64,000 bases of DNA, taken from the NCBI GenBank assembly GCA_963753595.1, contig CAVWCX010000022.1:11821-75820 (forward strand), read 5' to 3'. This document shows positions 21,315 through 32,956 of the stretch, piece after piece. The position numbers were made by a program, and so were the translations under genes. The first letter of the stretch is position 1, and each line of letters starts with the position of its first letter. The notes under the pieces are model-generated. The model ran no database searches and was not told the DNA's origin. It saw only the letters and a list, made by a program, of their open reading frames with translations. Source of the DNA: Candidatus Methanoperedenaceae archaeon. Lineage in GTDB: Archaea > Halobacteriota > Methanosarcinia > Methanosarcinales > Methanoperedenaceae.

Positions 21315-21437
21315 TTTTTCACCATTAAAGTAATATTATCAACATTATCAACAACACACATCATCATTATTATCATAGTTATGATAATTAGTAAATTGTT
21401 TTAAGGATATATAAAGTTATCTTGAAAAAATGAGCAT

Positions 21438-23537
21438 TTACTTGAACTTCTTCAGCAATTTCCCATAGAATTCGATATCTTTGTACTTACGCGCAAGCCT
21501 TTCCACAATCAGTTCAGGCGTGCTGCGGGCAAGATAATTATATCTCGGATTCCTGTCAACTATAAGGTTCAGGTTCTCATCAAGACCTTTTGCTTCAATT
21601 CCGTCAACTCTGATATTGTGAGTTGTATTTTTGAGTATCGATTCTGCCAGGTGGCTGACAAATACCCCAATGCCATTTTTATCGTCTAGCTCCTCTAGTA
21701 TCCCTGAAATAATCCTGGCAGAAGCCCCGGGCTCAGTTATGGATTCCATCTCATCAGTAAGGACGATTTTGGTTTTTTCATTCGAAACGGCAGAGAAATC
21801 CCTGACCGTGCTTTCAAAAGCCCCGGCATCCATTGTCCCTTTGGATTTTCCGAAATAATAGAATTCTTCTACAAGACCCATTTCGCATTCAGCGGCCGGG
21901 ACGGGAAATCCCATGTGGGCAAGTATGACAACCTGGGCAAGAAGATCAAGTGTTGATGTTTTGCCGCCGGAATTTACGCCGCTTAACAGGACCACACGCG
22001 AATCTTTGAGTTTACCGATACCGGAATTCATGCGGGATATTCCAACTGCGTAATCTATCGGGACTGGATTTTCCAGGAAAAGGTTTGATCCTCCTTTTAT
22101 GCCTATCCCGTTTTCACTCTGAAGACGTGGCATGTTAAGAGCGAATTTCTTTGAAAAACAGGCGATCGTATATCCAACATCAAACTCAAGAACCTCACGG
22201 ACAAGCAGTGATGCGGTTTCTTTTAAGTTTGAAAGAAAACGGGCATTATTCCTGAGAATTACGATCTTTCGTGACGCTATGCTTCGAAGGAGATGGTTTT
22301 TTAATCCTTCAACACCGCGTACGTTCACTTTGATCGGGTGAGATACCTCCTCGTTGAAAAAAGTATTGACATACTGTGATTCTGCCGGATTTAGATCAAG
22401 TCCGGACACGACCTCCCGCAATGCATTAGCCGTCACTGTATTGTATTTTTCCCTGATCTCTTTCTCAAGCAGCCGGTTAATGCCCCCATCCATTGCTGTG
22501 AGCATGTCAAAGCCTTTGACGGTAATTGAGCTTTTTTCGATAAGAGCCCTGAATTCAACATTTGCCTGTTGTTGCGAATTTGTAACTGTATCGCTTAAGC
22601 GTTCGATAATTGATCTGCATCTATCTATTTCATTATCAAGCCCGCTTTTTACATCATTTTCACCTGAGAGTTTCATTAAACCTGAAGATAACCGCTGGAT
22701 ATCCTCTGTTTTTATTTTTTCACAAAAATCAGGGGCATGCTGCCTGATCTTATTAAATATCCCTATTGAGCAGGTGATGGCTTCAAGGTTTTTTGTAAAA
22801 AATGCCAGTTCTTTTTCAGGAGCGATCTGCCAGGTCTCTAATTTTTTGATATCAAGGAAATCAACATCCAGATCCTGCGGAAAATCAAGGCCGGCTAGCC
22901 CCGTACCAAGTATCACATACGAATAGCCCCGGGCTACATCTGCAATTTCTCTCCGGTCAGAAACAAGCTGTACTGAAACAGGGAATTTTTTGGCGGCTTC
23001 AAATTCCTCAGGAGTTGTTGCAATGATGACCCTGTCCCTGATCACAGGTATATTTAAATTTGTTTTCAGGGGTTTTATTCTGGATAAAAGAGATGAGAGT
23101 TCTTTTTCATCGAGTTTATCTGCAATCCCGATAATTGCGCGGATCTCTTTTTGGATATGGATTATCTTTTCCAGCTTTTGCGAAGGATAAGGGAAATATA
23201 AGCTGAGTTTGCTTCTTGCATGATCCATATGCGCAAAACCTTTGATGAGTTCCAGGAGCTTTTCATAATAATCAAATGCCTCATTTGTTTTCAGGAAATC
23301 CCTGACACCCGTTCCCTCGTTTATTGCAATAGCCTCAAGCACAAGGGAAATGGCGGTCTTTTCGGTCATTCCCTCAAGTTCGGTGATAGCAGCGATATCC
23401 TGACTTATTATGGCATCAATTGCCTGTTTTTCAGAGCCGAAATGCTCAACCAGGCGGCGCGCGGTTTTATCGCCAATGCGGGGGATGGATTTCAGGGTGG
23501 TTATCATGGAATTCAATTTGATTTTTATATGTCTCAT
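21438..23537 (-). CDS. Archaeal MutS-related ATPase with N-terminal HhH
   Basis: IPRIGDKTA HhH; LSGVNSGGKTS Walker A; DAGAFES, DEMESITEPGA, VSHL. Confidence 0.9.
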   Translation of the reverse strand: MRHIKIKLNSMITTLKSIPRIGDKTARRLVEHFGSEKQAIDAIISQDIAAITELEGMTEKTAISLVLEAIAINEGTGVRDFLKTNEAFDYYEKLLELIKGFAHMDHARSKLSLYFPYPSQKLEKIIHIQKEIRAIIGIADKLDEKELSSLLSRIKPLKTNLNIPVIRDRVIIATTPEEFEAAKKFPVSVQLVSDRREIADVARGYSYVILGTGLAGLDFPQDLDVDFLDIKKLETWQIAPEKELAFFTKNLEAITCSIGIFNKIRQHAPDFCEKIKTEDIQRLSSGLMKLSGENDVKSGLDNEIDRCRSIIERLSDTVTNSQQQANVEFRALIEKSSITVKGFDMLTAMDGGINRLLEKEIREKYNTVTANALREVVSGLDLNPAESQYVNTFFNEEVSHPIKVNVRGVEGLKNHLLRSIASRKIVILRNNARFLSNLKETASLLVREVLEFDVGYTIACFSKKFALNMPRLQSENGIGIKGGSNLFLENPVPIDYAVGISRMNSGIGKLKDSRVVLLSGVNSGGKTSTLDLLAQVVILAHMGFPVPAAECEMGLVEEFYYFGKSKGTMDAGAFESTVRDFSAVSNEKTKIVLTDEMESITEPGASARIISGILEELDDKNGIGVFVSHLAESILKNTTHNIRVDGIEAKGLDENLNLIVDRNPRYNYLARSTPELIVERLARKYKDIEFYGKLLKKFK

Positions 23538-23604
23538 CTTAATTGTATGCCGATTTTAAAAACGTTGGTATCATATCACAAAGCATATCCGGCAATATAG
23601 TCAA

Positions 23605-23690
23605 GAACCTGAACTCCGGCGCGTGAGTTCGTATCAGTTCGTGCGAAATGGCTGTTAATTTTCTTCATACCAGATCGCAAAGTCAGCAAA
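23605..23690. repeat. Dispersed REP-like stem-loop element, copy 1
   Basis: GAACTCcggcgcgtGAGTTCgtatcagttc...tgttaatttt...accag..gcaaag, homologous to 34761-34850. Confidence 0.7.
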
Positions 23691-23854
23691 GATAGTGATA
23701 TAAATGTGGTCCTGGCGGGCAGGCATACAGGATTTGATTTTAAATCGTTTCATAAACGTGAGACATCGGACAAAAGCTCACCGTAAAAAAAATTACATGC
23801 TCATTAAGTTTAAATATTAAAACAGCGAAGTCTGAGGAAAGGTGGTAAAAAAAA

Positions 23855-24136
23855 ATGGAGGTAACAATAGCAAGATGTGGTCTTGCCTGCGAGATATGTC
23901 AGCATTTCATAGATCAAAAGTGCCTTGGTTGTGAAATGGAACCTGAATTTAATAGTAGATGTCTCATTTTTAATTGCACTGAAAAAAGGCAAATTAAATA
24001 TTGTCTTCAATGCCCCGAATTTCCATGTAAAATAATGAATCTGTCAAAAACCTACTGTCCGGTATTTTCTAAATTCAATAATCTTGATTTGCCTCACAAA
24101 ATCATGATCCATCCTCACGTTGCTGCCATTCAATAA
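23855..24136 (+). CDS. Cys-rich DUF3795-like protein
   Basis: ARCGLACEIC..CLGC..CLIFNC..YCLQCPEFPC. Confidence 0.8.
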   Translation: MEVTIARCGLACEICQHFIDQKCLGCEMEPEFNSRCLIFNCTEKRQIKYCLQCPEFPCKIMNLSKTYCPVFSKFNNLDLPHKIMIHPHVAAIQ

Positions 24137-24250
24137 GTATTACGCTGCGGCTGGATGAAATTCGGGGATATGCAAAGACTGAATAGGGATAGACAACTCA
24201 TGATGTGTCATACATAATGATTATATAGATGAAAAACATAAACACCTGTT

Positions 24251-24613
24251 ATGGACACAGTATTAGGGAGTCTAATTGATGATTTTACCCTGTTTAGAAT
24301 TATTGCAGTAATTAATTTTATACTTATCCTGGCAGTAACTTATCTTGTTATTCAAGTAACACTGGCATGGAAATTCATGCAAAAGGAAGAAGTGATCTCA
24401 GATAAAGTAATTTCAAATAAAAGAAGTTTATACAAAAGTTTGATCTTTATATTTATCGGAGGCTTTTTCATGCTTGCCCATGAATTTCTCGAAGGTCTTA
24501 AAGAAAATTCAGACTCTACAACATATGAATTTTTTGAACTCATAGCACTTTCAGGATTAGTTCTCTTTTTGTTTGACTGGAATAAAATATTGAAGAAAAA
24601 AAAAGTTAATTAG
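24251..24613 (+). CDS. Small membrane protein
   Basis: Three hydrophobic segments. Confidence 0.6.
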   Translation: MDTVLGSLIDDFTLFRIIAVINFILILAVTYLVIQVTLAWKFMQKEEVISDKVISNKRSLYKSLIFIFIGGFFMLAHEFLEGLKENSDSTTYEFFELIALSGLVLFLFDWNKILKKKKVN

Positions 24614-24785
24614 TTTTTAGAATAGGTATATTCAATATTTTATAATTACACTTCTCTGAAATCATAGCAAAACTTATCTTACTATTTTTCCATTACCCCA
24701 TACGAAAGTATTATCCAATAAAGTGCCCTATAAAAACCACCGTTTTCATAATAATTAATAATTCTATTAAATTCGGAGAAAAAGG

Positions 24786-25907
24786 ATGCCTGTTAAAAAA
24801 GAAAAAGAACCACTTATAATGCACCCGCGGCCCAGTTCGATCGTAGCCGCATTGTACACGTTAAGAGACCTTGATACCGATGTTGTTATATTGCACGGCC
24901 CTCCCGGATGCAGTTTCAAGCATGCCCGTCTTCTTGAAGAGGACGGCATGAGAGTTGTCACTACATCGCTTGATGAGACTGGATTTGTTTTCGGGGGGCA
25001 TGACGCCCTTGTCGAGGTGCTTGAAAAAGTAATTGAGCGCTTTAATCCCAAACGCATAGGGATCGTGGGTACATGTGCAAGCATGATAATCGGAGAGGAA
25101 TTGCATGAGGCAGTAACCCAGGTACAGCCTGATGTTCCTGTGATTGAAGTGGATGTGCATGCTGGCTACAGGGATAACACAAAAGGAGTAATTATGGCTC
25201 TTGAATCGGCGCTTGCCTGTGGAATTATCAGCGAAGCGGAATTTGAGAGACAAAAAGCGCTTCTTAAAGAAGCTACAATGGTGGAGAAGCGCCATGGTGC
25301 GGCCAGTAAGGAATATCTTGAACCTAACCGCGGCGATCTCAAATACAAAGTAGCGGAAAGATTGCTTGAATTGATAAAGCAGGGTAAAAAAGGAATCAAT
25401 ATTCTCAATGCCAAGAAAGAGACCGCTTTCATGTTCGCGGATATTAACCTTGCAGTAGCCCAGGTTTCTGAAAAACTGGGTTTTGGCTCCAATATCGTAA
25501 ACATGGTAAACCTTGATGTTAATGTCGGGCTTCCCAAGAACAGGAGAAATGCCCGGGAAATTACGGAAGACCTGAAAGAAAAAGGTTTTGAAATACACCA
25601 TATTATCGGAGGATTGGATGAGTATCCTGTAGCAGGAAATACCGCAGATAAGATAATCGGTGAGAAATACAGTGATTATGATTTTGCAGTCATATCAGGT
25701 GTCCCTCATGCGCTCCCTATGGATAATATTAAGAATATGGAATTATTTTCTGTAACAAACGGACCGCGCCAGGTCGTCCCCTTAAAAGAGATGGGGCACA
25801 CTCATGTTGTGGTAGAGATCGACCTTCATCCCAAGACGCTGGGAGTATGCCACATAGTTGAGTCCGAATTCGGGGCAACACTCAGGGAGATGGTAAAAGA
25901 TGCCTAA
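24786..25907 (+). CDS. cfbD: Ni-sirohydrochlorin a,c-diamide reductive cyclase catalytic subunit (NflD)
   Basis: [37 protein letters not shown]. Confidence 0.95.
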   Translation: MPVKKEKEPLIMHPRPSSIVAALYTLRDLDTDVVILHGPPGCSFKHARLLEEDGMRVVTTSLDETGFVFGGHDALVEVLEKVIERFNPKRIGIVGTCASMIIGEELHEAVTQVQPDVPVIEVDVHAGYRDNTKGVIMALESALACGIISEAEFERQKALLKEATMVEKRHGAASKEYLEPNRGDLKYKVAERLLELIKQGKKGINILNAKKETAFMFADINLAVAQVSEKLGFGSNIVNMVNLDVNVGLPKNRRNAREITEDLKEKGFEIHHIIGGLDEYPVAGNTADKIIGEKYSDYDFAVISGVPHALPMDNIKNMELFSVTNGPRQVVPLKEMGHTHVVVEIDLHPKTLGVCHIVESEFGATLREMVKDA

Positions 25908-26691
25908 GCAGATAGCTATTTACGGAAAAGGCGGGATCGGTAAATCAAGCACTGCTTCCAATGTTGCTGCCGCATGTGCTGATGAGGGCTACCGCGTTAC
26001 TATAATCGGATGCGACCCAAAGAGTGATTCCTCAATTACATTATTGCAGGGCCGACGCATTCCTACCATAATGGACCTTATGAGAGAAGGCATAGATATA
26101 AAGGAAGAGGATATCGTTTTCAACGGGTATAAAGGGGTAAAATGCCTTGAGATCGGGGGGCCTGAACCCGGCATCGGATGTGCAGGAAGGGGAATTATCG
26201 TTGCTATCAGCCTTCTTAAGAAAATTTCACGCGCCATCGAGGACACAGATCTTGTTATTTATGATGTGCCCGGCGATATCGTATGCGGAGGTTTTGTTGC
26301 GCCTGTCAAGAAGGGGCTTGTTAATGAGGCATATGTTCTCACTTCAGGCGAATACATGCCGCTGTATGCCGCGAACAACATCTGCAAAGGACTTTCCCGC
26401 CTTGATATGACGCTCAACGGGGTGATATGCAATTCGCGCGGCGCTTTGAATGAGGAAAAGATCGTCAGTGAGTTTGCAAAAGAGGTCGGAAGCCAGCTTC
26501 TTGCTTTTATTCCAAAAGATGTCCTCGTGCAGACATGCGAAAGAGATGGATTTTCAGTTATTGAGAAAGCTCCCGATTCGGATATTGCATCCGTCTACCG
26601 TAAACTTGCAAAAAGCATTATGGGAAAAAGAGATGGAAAGATCCCTGTGCCGCTTAATGATAACAGGTTGAGGGAATTGACAAGGATTTGA
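25900..26691 (+). CDS. cfbC: Reductive cyclase ATP-dependent reductase subunit (NflH)
   Basis: [32 protein letters not shown]; overlaps cfbD. Confidence 0.95.
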   Translation: MPKQIAIYGKGGIGKSSTASNVAAACADEGYRVTIIGCDPKSDSSITLLQGRRIPTIMDLMREGIDIKEEDIVFNGYKGVKCLEIGGPEPGIGCAGRGIIVAISLLKKISRAIEDTDLVIYDVPGDIVCGGFVAPVKKGLVNEAYVLTSGEYMPLYAANNICKGLSRLDMTLNGVICNSRGALNEEKIVSEFAKEVGSQLLAFIPKDVLVQTCERDGFSVIEKAPDSDIASVYRKLAKSIMGKRDGKIPVPLNDNRLRELTRI

Positions 26692-26695
26692 TTTT

Positions 26696-28129
26696 TTGGA
26701 GAATATGACCGACAAACTTGATATCCCCCGAATTCTTATCGCGGGTGACCGCTCATCAGCAGGAAAAACAACAATATCGATCGGCATTATGTCGGTTCTT
26801 AAGGATATGGGCTATAATGTCCAGCCATATAAAGTTGGTCTTGATTTCATAGACCCCAGCTACCATACGGAAGTCACAGGCAGGTTCTCAAGGAACCTTG
26901 ATGGTTATTTAATGCCAGAGGAAGCCGTTTGTGAGGTTTATTCCCACGCGACGAGGGGAGCTGATATTGCCGTTATTGAAGGTGTACGTGGTCTTTTTGA
27001 AGGGCTTGAAGCAACAAGCGACATCGGAAGCACAGCACAGATCGCCAAAATATTAAAATGCCCTGTAATTCTTACGATCAATGCAAGAAGCATTACACGC
27101 AGTACCGCAGCGCTTGTTTCAGGATATAAGTCTTTTGACCCGAAAGTGAACATCCTTGGGGTGATCCTGAATAATATCGGAAGCCAGCGACATGCCGAGA
27201 AAGCAAAGATCGCGATTGAGACTTATACGAATACGCCGGTCATCGGAGTAATACCTCGCAATGACTCTATGAAGATCTCGATGAGGCACCTCGGGCTTAT
27301 CCCTGCAATGGAAGGACGGCGAAAAGTAGCGGATTTTGATGCGAACCTGGGAAGGATAAAAGAGATCATAAAAGAAGGCATCGATATTGACAGGTTTATT
27401 TCGATCGCTAATTCTGCCCCGGTACTTGAAAAATCCAGCGAGAAAATATTCAGGGAGCATCCACAAAAAAACAAGATAAAGATCGGTGTGGCTCTTGATG
27501 AAGCATTTAATTTTTATTACCGTGATAACCTTGAGTTGCTTGAACTTTCAGGAGCCGAACTTGTATATTTCAGTCCTGTGAATGACAGGACGCTGCCTAA
27601 AGTGGATGGATTGTATATCGGGGGCGGTTACCCGGAATTATTCACAAATGAACTTGAAGATAATACTTCCATGCGTGAAGCTATAAAACAAGCTTCAAAA
27701 GACGGTCTTCCAATTTATGCAGAATGCGGTGGACTGATGTACCTTACACAGGAGATCACCACAAATGTTTCGGGAAGCGGAAATTATAATATGGCAGAAA
27801 TGAAAGGCGGGACTTTCAAGATGGCAGGTGCGCTCCCCGGAAAGACATTGATGGGGCATAAAAGGGTTGTAAGTTATAATATCGGCAGTTTCATTAAAGA
27901 TAATGTTATAGGAAAAACCGGAGCTTCTTTTATAGGTCATGAATTTCATCATTCAGAGATAATTGACCTGCCGGATAATACTGAATTTGCAATTAAGCTT
28001 GACCGCGGGGTTGGAATAAAAGGTGAGTATGACGGGATCCTTGTCAACAATACGATGGCAGCCTATGCGCATCTGCATGCGGCATCTTATACGGGTTTTG
28101 CCGGGGCGTTCGTGGAGTTTTGCAGATGA
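26696..28129 (+). CDS. cfbB: Ni-sirohydrochlorin a,c-diamide synthase (CbiA-like)
   Basis: SSAGKTT, KVGLDFIDP, RHLGL, YAECGGLMYL; context next to cfbCD. Confidence 0.9.
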   Translation: MENMTDKLDIPRILIAGDRSSAGKTTISIGIMSVLKDMGYNVQPYKVGLDFIDPSYHTEVTGRFSRNLDGYLMPEEAVCEVYSHATRGADIAVIEGVRGLFEGLEATSDIGSTAQIAKILKCPVILTINARSITRSTAALVSGYKSFDPKVNILGVILNNIGSQRHAEKAKIAIETYTNTPVIGVIPRNDSMKISMRHLGLIPAMEGRRKVADFDANLGRIKEIIKEGIDIDRFISIANSAPVLEKSSEKIFREHPQKNKIKIGVALDEAFNFYYRDNLELLELSGAELVYFSPVNDRTLPKVDGLYIGGGYPELFTNELEDNTSMREAIKQASKDGLPIYAECGGLMYLTQEITTNVSGSGNYNMAEMKGGTFKMAGALPGKTLMGHKRVVSYNIGSFIKDNVIGKTGASFIGHEFHHSEIIDLPDNTEFAIKLDRGVGIKGEYDGILVNNTMAAYAHLHAASYTGFAGAFVEFCR

Positions 28130-28404
28130 CAAAAGACCAGGTATTCATAACAGTTATCGGAAAAGACCAGAAAGGAATAATCGCACGGATCTCAAATGCT
28201 GTTTTTGCGCATAATATCAATATCGAAGACCTCAACCAGAAAATAATGGGGGGCTATTTTGTGATGACCCTGCTTGCCGATATCACTGATTCTCCTATCA
28301 CCATAACCCAATTGAAAAAAGAGCTTTCATTAATAGAAGATGAGATGGGCTTAAAGATCATGGTCCAGCATGAGAATATCTTCAAGACAATGCACAGGGT
28401 GTAA
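28120..28404 (+). CDS. ACT domain protein (UPF0237-like)
   Basis: ITVIGKDQKGIIA...QHENIFKTMHRV. Confidence 0.9.
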   Translation: MQMTKDQVFITVIGKDQKGIIARISNAVFAHNINIEDLNQKIMGGYFVMTLLADITDSPITITQLKKELSLIEDEMGLKIMVQHENIFKTMHRV

Positions 28405-28407
28405 TAC

Positions 28408-29766
28408 ATGGAATATTCACTTGAAGAGGTCATGGAAACTGTCCAGATGACTCTTTATCATAATTTTGATATAAGGACTGTGACCCTGGGGATAAACCTC
28501 AAGGATTGCATCAATTCAGACCTTGATATTTTCAAGGAAAACGTATACGACAGGGTATCTGGTTATGGACGAAGACTTATCCAGGAAGCACAGGAACTTG
28601 AAGATAAATACGGCATTCCCATAATCAATAAAAGGATATCGGTAACTCCAGTCTCACTTATTATCGAAGCATGCGCCGAGGATGATGCGCCTCTCCAGAT
28701 CGCAAAGACCCTTGATAAAGCATCAAAGGATGTTGGAATTGATTTTATCGGCGGGTATGGCGCGCTTGTCCAGAAAGGTATGACCCGGGCGGATGAGCGG
28801 CTCATAAACTCGCTCCCTGAAGTCCTCTCAAGTACGGAAAGGGTCTGTGCTTTCCTGAATGTGGCTTCAACTGTTTCAGGTATGAACATGGATGCTGTGA
28901 TACGGCTCGGGAATATCTTAAAAGAAACAGCAAAAAGAACTGAGAATGGTATCGGATGCGCTAAATTCGTGGTTTTTGCAAATGCCCCGGAGGATAATCC
29001 TTTTATGGCAGGGGCTTTCCACGGCGTGGGCGAGCCGGATTTCTCATTGAATATCGGGATAAGCGGTCCCGGCGTTGTCCGAAGCGTGGTCGAGAAGAAC
29101 AAGAACTGCGACCTTACCGAGCTTTCTGAGGTCATAAAACGCACAACGTTTAAAATAACAAGAGCAGGAGAGCTTATTGGAAGAGAACTTGCACAAGAAC
29201 TTTGCGTGCCTTTCGGGATCGTGGATATCTCGCTTGCCTCAACAACAAAAGTCGGGGATTCTGTCGCCGGGATCGTTGAAATGATGGGTGTTGAGAAAAT
29301 GGGGGCGCCGGGAAGCACTGCCGCGCTTGCTCTTCTTATTGATGCTGTGAAAAAAGGGGGCGCTATGGCATCAGGCAACGTTGGCGGTTTAAGCGGCACG
29401 TTCATTCCCGTCAGCGAGGATTCCTGCATGAATGAAGCGGTCAGGGTAGGGGCACTTTCAATCGAGAAGCTTGAGGCGCTCACAGCTGTTTGCTCTGTCG
29501 GGCTTGATATGATCGCAATTCCGGGGGATACTGACGCTTCGACCATTTCAGCTATAATCGCAGATGAACTTGCCATTGGAGTAGTCAATAATAAGACAAC
29601 AGGAGTAAGGCTCATTCCCGTCCCGGGCAAAAAAGCAGGAGATTACGTGAATTTCGGCGGGCTTCTGGGTGAGACCTATGTGATGAACATCAGCACTTTC
29701 AGTTCGCATGATTTTATTCTGCGGGGCGGAAGGATGCCAAGCCCGGTTACGAGCATGAGGAATTAA
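28408..29766 (+). CDS. PFL-like DUF711/UPF0210 protein
   Basis: [43 protein letters not shown]. Confidence 0.92.
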   Translation: MEYSLEEVMETVQMTLYHNFDIRTVTLGINLKDCINSDLDIFKENVYDRVSGYGRRLIQEAQELEDKYGIPIINKRISVTPVSLIIEACAEDDAPLQIAKTLDKASKDVGIDFIGGYGALVQKGMTRADERLINSLPEVLSSTERVCAFLNVASTVSGMNMDAVIRLGNILKETAKRTENGIGCAKFVVFANAPEDNPFMAGAFHGVGEPDFSLNIGISGPGVVRSVVEKNKNCDLTELSEVIKRTTFKITRAGELIGRELAQELCVPFGIVDISLASTTKVGDSVAGIVEMMGVEKMGAPGSTAALALLIDAVKKGGAMASGNVGGLSGTFIPVSEDSCMNEAVRVGALSIEKLEALTAVCSVGLDMIAIPGDTDASTISAIIADELAIGVVNNKTTGVRLIPVPGKKAGDYVNFGGLLGETYVMNISTFSSHDFILRGGRMPSPVTSMRN

Positions 29767-29926
29767 GAAAGGTTTTGATTTTTTAGCGCATAGCATGACT
29801 AAAAATAGAAACGCTTTTCGAAATACAAACATTTATAATATATCGAACCATAATCTCACCTGCAAATGGTGATAGCATAAGTTATTCCTGAAATTGCTAT
29901 CATTACTACAATATGCGGTGGTATAA

Positions 29927-30324
29927 ATGGTATCAAAATCAGTTATAAATAATTACAAGGGGCATGCCCTCAGAACAGTGGTTGGATTATTAATACTGTC
30001 GTTATATCCTTGCTGGGTCGCAAGTGCCGGGAATATACCTGTACAAACTGCTGCTTCCGACGATGTGAATATTACAAAAGTCGGACATTTCGGAGGCGCG
30101 ACCTATGCCGCTCTGCCGTTTGGAAATTATGCATATATAGGACAGGGGAGTGATTTTGTGGTACTTAACATTAGCAATAAAACGGCCCCTGTTGAGGTAG
30201 ACAGGGTAGAAACCGGCGGTATTATCATGGATATTGCGCTGGCGGGAAATTATGCATATGTGGCTGATGGTTCTAATGGTCTTTTGATTGTTGATGTGAG
30301 CAATCCGGCAGCTCTCACTTTAAA
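29927..30324 (+). pseudogene. LVIVD-repeat surface protein, 5' fragment cut by IS
   Basis: Signal peptide and GNYAYVADGSNGLLIVDVSNPAALTL, ending at TTTAAA where the IS begins. Confidence 0.92.
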
Positions 30325-31866
30325 CCGTAACTCTCCCTTTTTTACGTAATACTCAAATCAATCCCCAATTTTTCAATAAGTAAACGTGTCTTTTTAGGAA
30401 TCTCAGAGATCTCCCAGTCATCCCCTATCTTAACATTGAACACTCTTGATAGATGTAGAATAACATCTTTTGGTGAACATCTGCTTAAAATATCCCTGGA
30501 AAGTAGCAATCCATAAACCTTATAATAAAGAAGTAGAGCGACAAAATTCACAAACATCCATCCTTCCATTGCGGAATCATCTCTCATATAACTGCGATCT
30601 GCATTCAACACATTTTTAAATGTGTCAAAAGTAACCTCGATCTCAACACGGCTTTTCAGCAACTCGAAAATTTTCTGTGGGGACAAATCCAATCCTGTAA
30701 TTATCGATATTGTGCCAAACTTACTATCATTTTCATGAAACTCTTCTATCTTGAGCTTTCCTTCATTCACCCTTATTAAAAAATCACGTTCCTCTTCCAC
30801 TTTCAAAAAGTTATCCAGGAATGTAACTATCCTTTTCCCATCTAATACACGTTCATAATGCCAAATCACTCGGTTCTCAAAAAGAAAATGACCATCAAAC
30901 TGCTTTCTTCCGGCCTGTTTTAGAGGTGAGTAATCGATGAACTGACTATTCCTTTTCAGAGGTAAAATATACCTTATTTTCTTTGTTTCCAATTCTTTCG
31001 CATTGTCTGCAGAATAGAAACCCTTGTCTCCCACCAAAATAATGTCCTTCACCTTCGATTCTTCCATGGATAAAAGCAAACTGGAAACGTCCCTTATCGA
31101 ACCGGGAACAAGTCTATAAAATATCGGCTGCATTCGATCAAGTGAAAAAAGCAAAAAAAGATTTATTTGCGGGAGGTAGTTCCTTTCTGAATTTCGACCT
31201 AAAGTAGCTGATATCACATTTTCTGAAAGAGAGAAAACATGTGTGAGATCAACCGCCATACATTCATCTTGTGCTATGTATTTTGACAGGAATTTCTTGA
31301 TAAGATCTCTTTGCTGCCCTATTGCGTGAAGTATGTTGCTAAGTGTCTTGGGAGATACTTTTGCATCGGGTATGATGTCAGATAAGTAAGAACTCTGGTA
31401 ATGATTTTGAACATTCTTTAGTGGTGATGATGAGAAAAAACGAAATGCTGCGAATGTGAATATCTCCTTCCATATATCTGGAAACACTTCTTTCAGGTTT
31501 TGGATGATATCTTTTGATTCATTAGCTATGAATCGTGATGCTCCAAACTCTTTTACACTAATATTTTTCCGTGATTCTATTGTCCTTTCATGTTTTGGTT
31601 TTATGAGTCCTTCTTCTGTTATTTTGCCAAGAAATTTTTCTGTGATCTTTTTGGCCCGTTTCTTTTCTTTGTCATATTCGCTTCTGATTTTGTAGAGATA
31701 ATAGTACTTTCCGAGTTTTCTTATTTCTGTCCCTTTTGTTTTGTGTTTCAATACCCAATCCGGATGAGTCATAATATTACGTATATACGTAATACAAATA
31801 TATAAAGATTACGGTATGTGTTGACAGTTTTCTAAAAAATATTACACAAATTGGGCGGAGTTAAGG
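30325..31866 (-). mobile_element. 1542-bp IS (IS1634-like/IS4 clan DDE), copy A
   Basis: Ends CCTTAACTCCGCCC / CCGTAACTCTCCC (imperfect TIR); same ends and length as 57410-58951; flanks TTTAAA and ATTAAT. Confidence 0.95.
30342..31772 (-). CDS. DDE transposase
   Basis: AVDLT, GDKGFYS, RVEIEVTF; 476-aa translation identical to 57504-58934. Confidence 0.95.
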   Translation of the reverse strand: MTHPDWVLKHKTKGTEIRKLGKYYYLYKIRSEYDKEKKRAKKITEKFLGKITEEGLIKPKHERTIESRKNISVKEFGASRFIANESKDIIQNLKEVFPDIWKEIFTFAAFRFFSSSPLKNVQNHYQSSYLSDIIPDAKVSPKTLSNILHAIGQQRDLIKKFLSKYIAQDECMAVDLTHVFSLSENVISATLGRNSERNYLPQINLFLLFSLDRMQPIFYRLVPGSIRDVSSLLLSMEESKVKDIILVGDKGFYSADNAKELETKKIRYILPLKRNSQFIDYSPLKQAGRKQFDGHFLFENRVIWHYERVLDGKRIVTFLDNFLKVEEERDFLIRVNEGKLKIEEFHENDSKFGTISIITGLDLSPQKIFELLKSRVEIEVTFDTFKNVLNADRSYMRDDSAMEGWMFVNFVALLLYYKVYGLLLSRDILSRCSPKDVILHLSRVFNVKIGDDWEISEIPKKTRLLIEKLGIDLSIT

Positions 31867-32004
31867 ATTAATATAGGATTTTTCGGGAAATCCCCACATG
31901 TGATTGATTTTTATGCGTTATTTAAAAATACCTTCGCAATGATCATTTATGGTACAATATTTTTATCAGTGAGTTTATTTGCCTTTAAAAGGAGAGATTT
32001 ATGA
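31867..32004 (+). pseudogene. ABC-2 permease, 3' fragment
   Basis: INIGFFGKSPHVIDFYALFKNTFAMIIYGTIFLSVSLFAFKRRDL*; its stop overlaps the ATPase ATG; continues the frame of 58952-59569. Confidence 0.9.
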
Positions 32005-32936
32005 TATCGAATATTATCTCAACAAAGGGGCTGTCTAAAAAGTATGGCTCCCAATTTGTTCTAAAAGATGTTTCACTAAATGTAAAAAATAAAGATATCT
32101 ATGGGTTTTTAGGTGAGAATGGGGCTGGCAAAACTACCACTATAAAATTATTGTCCGGTCTTTTGATACCTGCAAGCGGAAAGATCATTATAGATGGTAT
32201 GGATATGGATATCGAATCAAACAATATAAAAAAAATTATTGGGTTAGTACCTCAGGATTCGAGTTTTTACGATAGTAGAAACGCTTTGAGCCATATGATT
32301 TATTATGGAAGATTAAAAGGATTAACTAACAAAGATGCCCTGGAACAATCAAATATACTATTAGACAAAGTTGGTTTGAAAGGGGCATTGAAAAAAAAGG
32401 TAGGTAATTTCTCACATGGTATGAAAAAACGCCTGGCAATTGCCCAGGCTCTTTTGAACAAACCAAAAATATTGATCCTCGATGAACCAACAAATGGGCT
32501 CGATCCAGCCGGAACCCGACAAATAAAAGAAATACTTTGTGAATTCAACAACAATGGGATTACTATAGTCATTTCGTCTCATAATCTGTTGGAAATTCAA
32601 GAAATATGTAATAGAGTTGGAATTATAGATAAAGGAAAAATAATTGCAGAAGACAAAATAGAGAAAATCCGGATATTTGAATCCAATGGTGTAGTAACAG
32701 TGGGAGTTTATGACCTCTCTCATAAAATAATAAATTTGATAGAAAGTCTGGAGTTTGTAGTTAAAACTGAGTTAAAAGCTGAAAATATTTTAGATATATT
32801 TGTGAATTCTATAGACGATACAAAACCAGAGATTAATAAATTAATTGTTGAAAATGGTGGAAGAGTTTTCAAGCTTGTAGAAAATTCACTGTCTCTGGAA
32901 GATGCTTTCTTTAATATCACCAAAAAAGGGCTTTAG
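32001..32936 (+). CDS. ABC-2 type transporter ATP-binding protein
   Basis: GENGAGKTT, FSHGMKKRL, ILDEPTNGLDP, SSHNL. Confidence 0.95.
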   Translation: MISNIISTKGLSKKYGSQFVLKDVSLNVKNKDIYGFLGENGAGKTTTIKLLSGLLIPASGKIIIDGMDMDIESNNIKKIIGLVPQDSSFYDSRNALSHMIYYGRLKGLTNKDALEQSNILLDKVGLKGALKKKVGNFSHGMKKRLAIAQALLNKPKILILDEPTNGLDPAGTRQIKEILCEFNNNGITIVISSHNLLEIQEICNRVGIIDKGKIIAEDKIEKIRIFESNGVVTVGVYDLSHKIINLIESLEFVVKTELKAENILDIFVNSIDDTKPEINKLIVENGGRVFKLVENSLSLEDAFFNITKKGL

Positions 32937-32956
32937 ATTCATTATATTGTTTTTCC

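Noticed and set aside
24786-26691. Nitrogenase nifD/nifH
   Set aside because: The short NflD-type protein sits next to a CbiA-like gene and there is no nifK/E/N. These are F430 biosynthesis genes.
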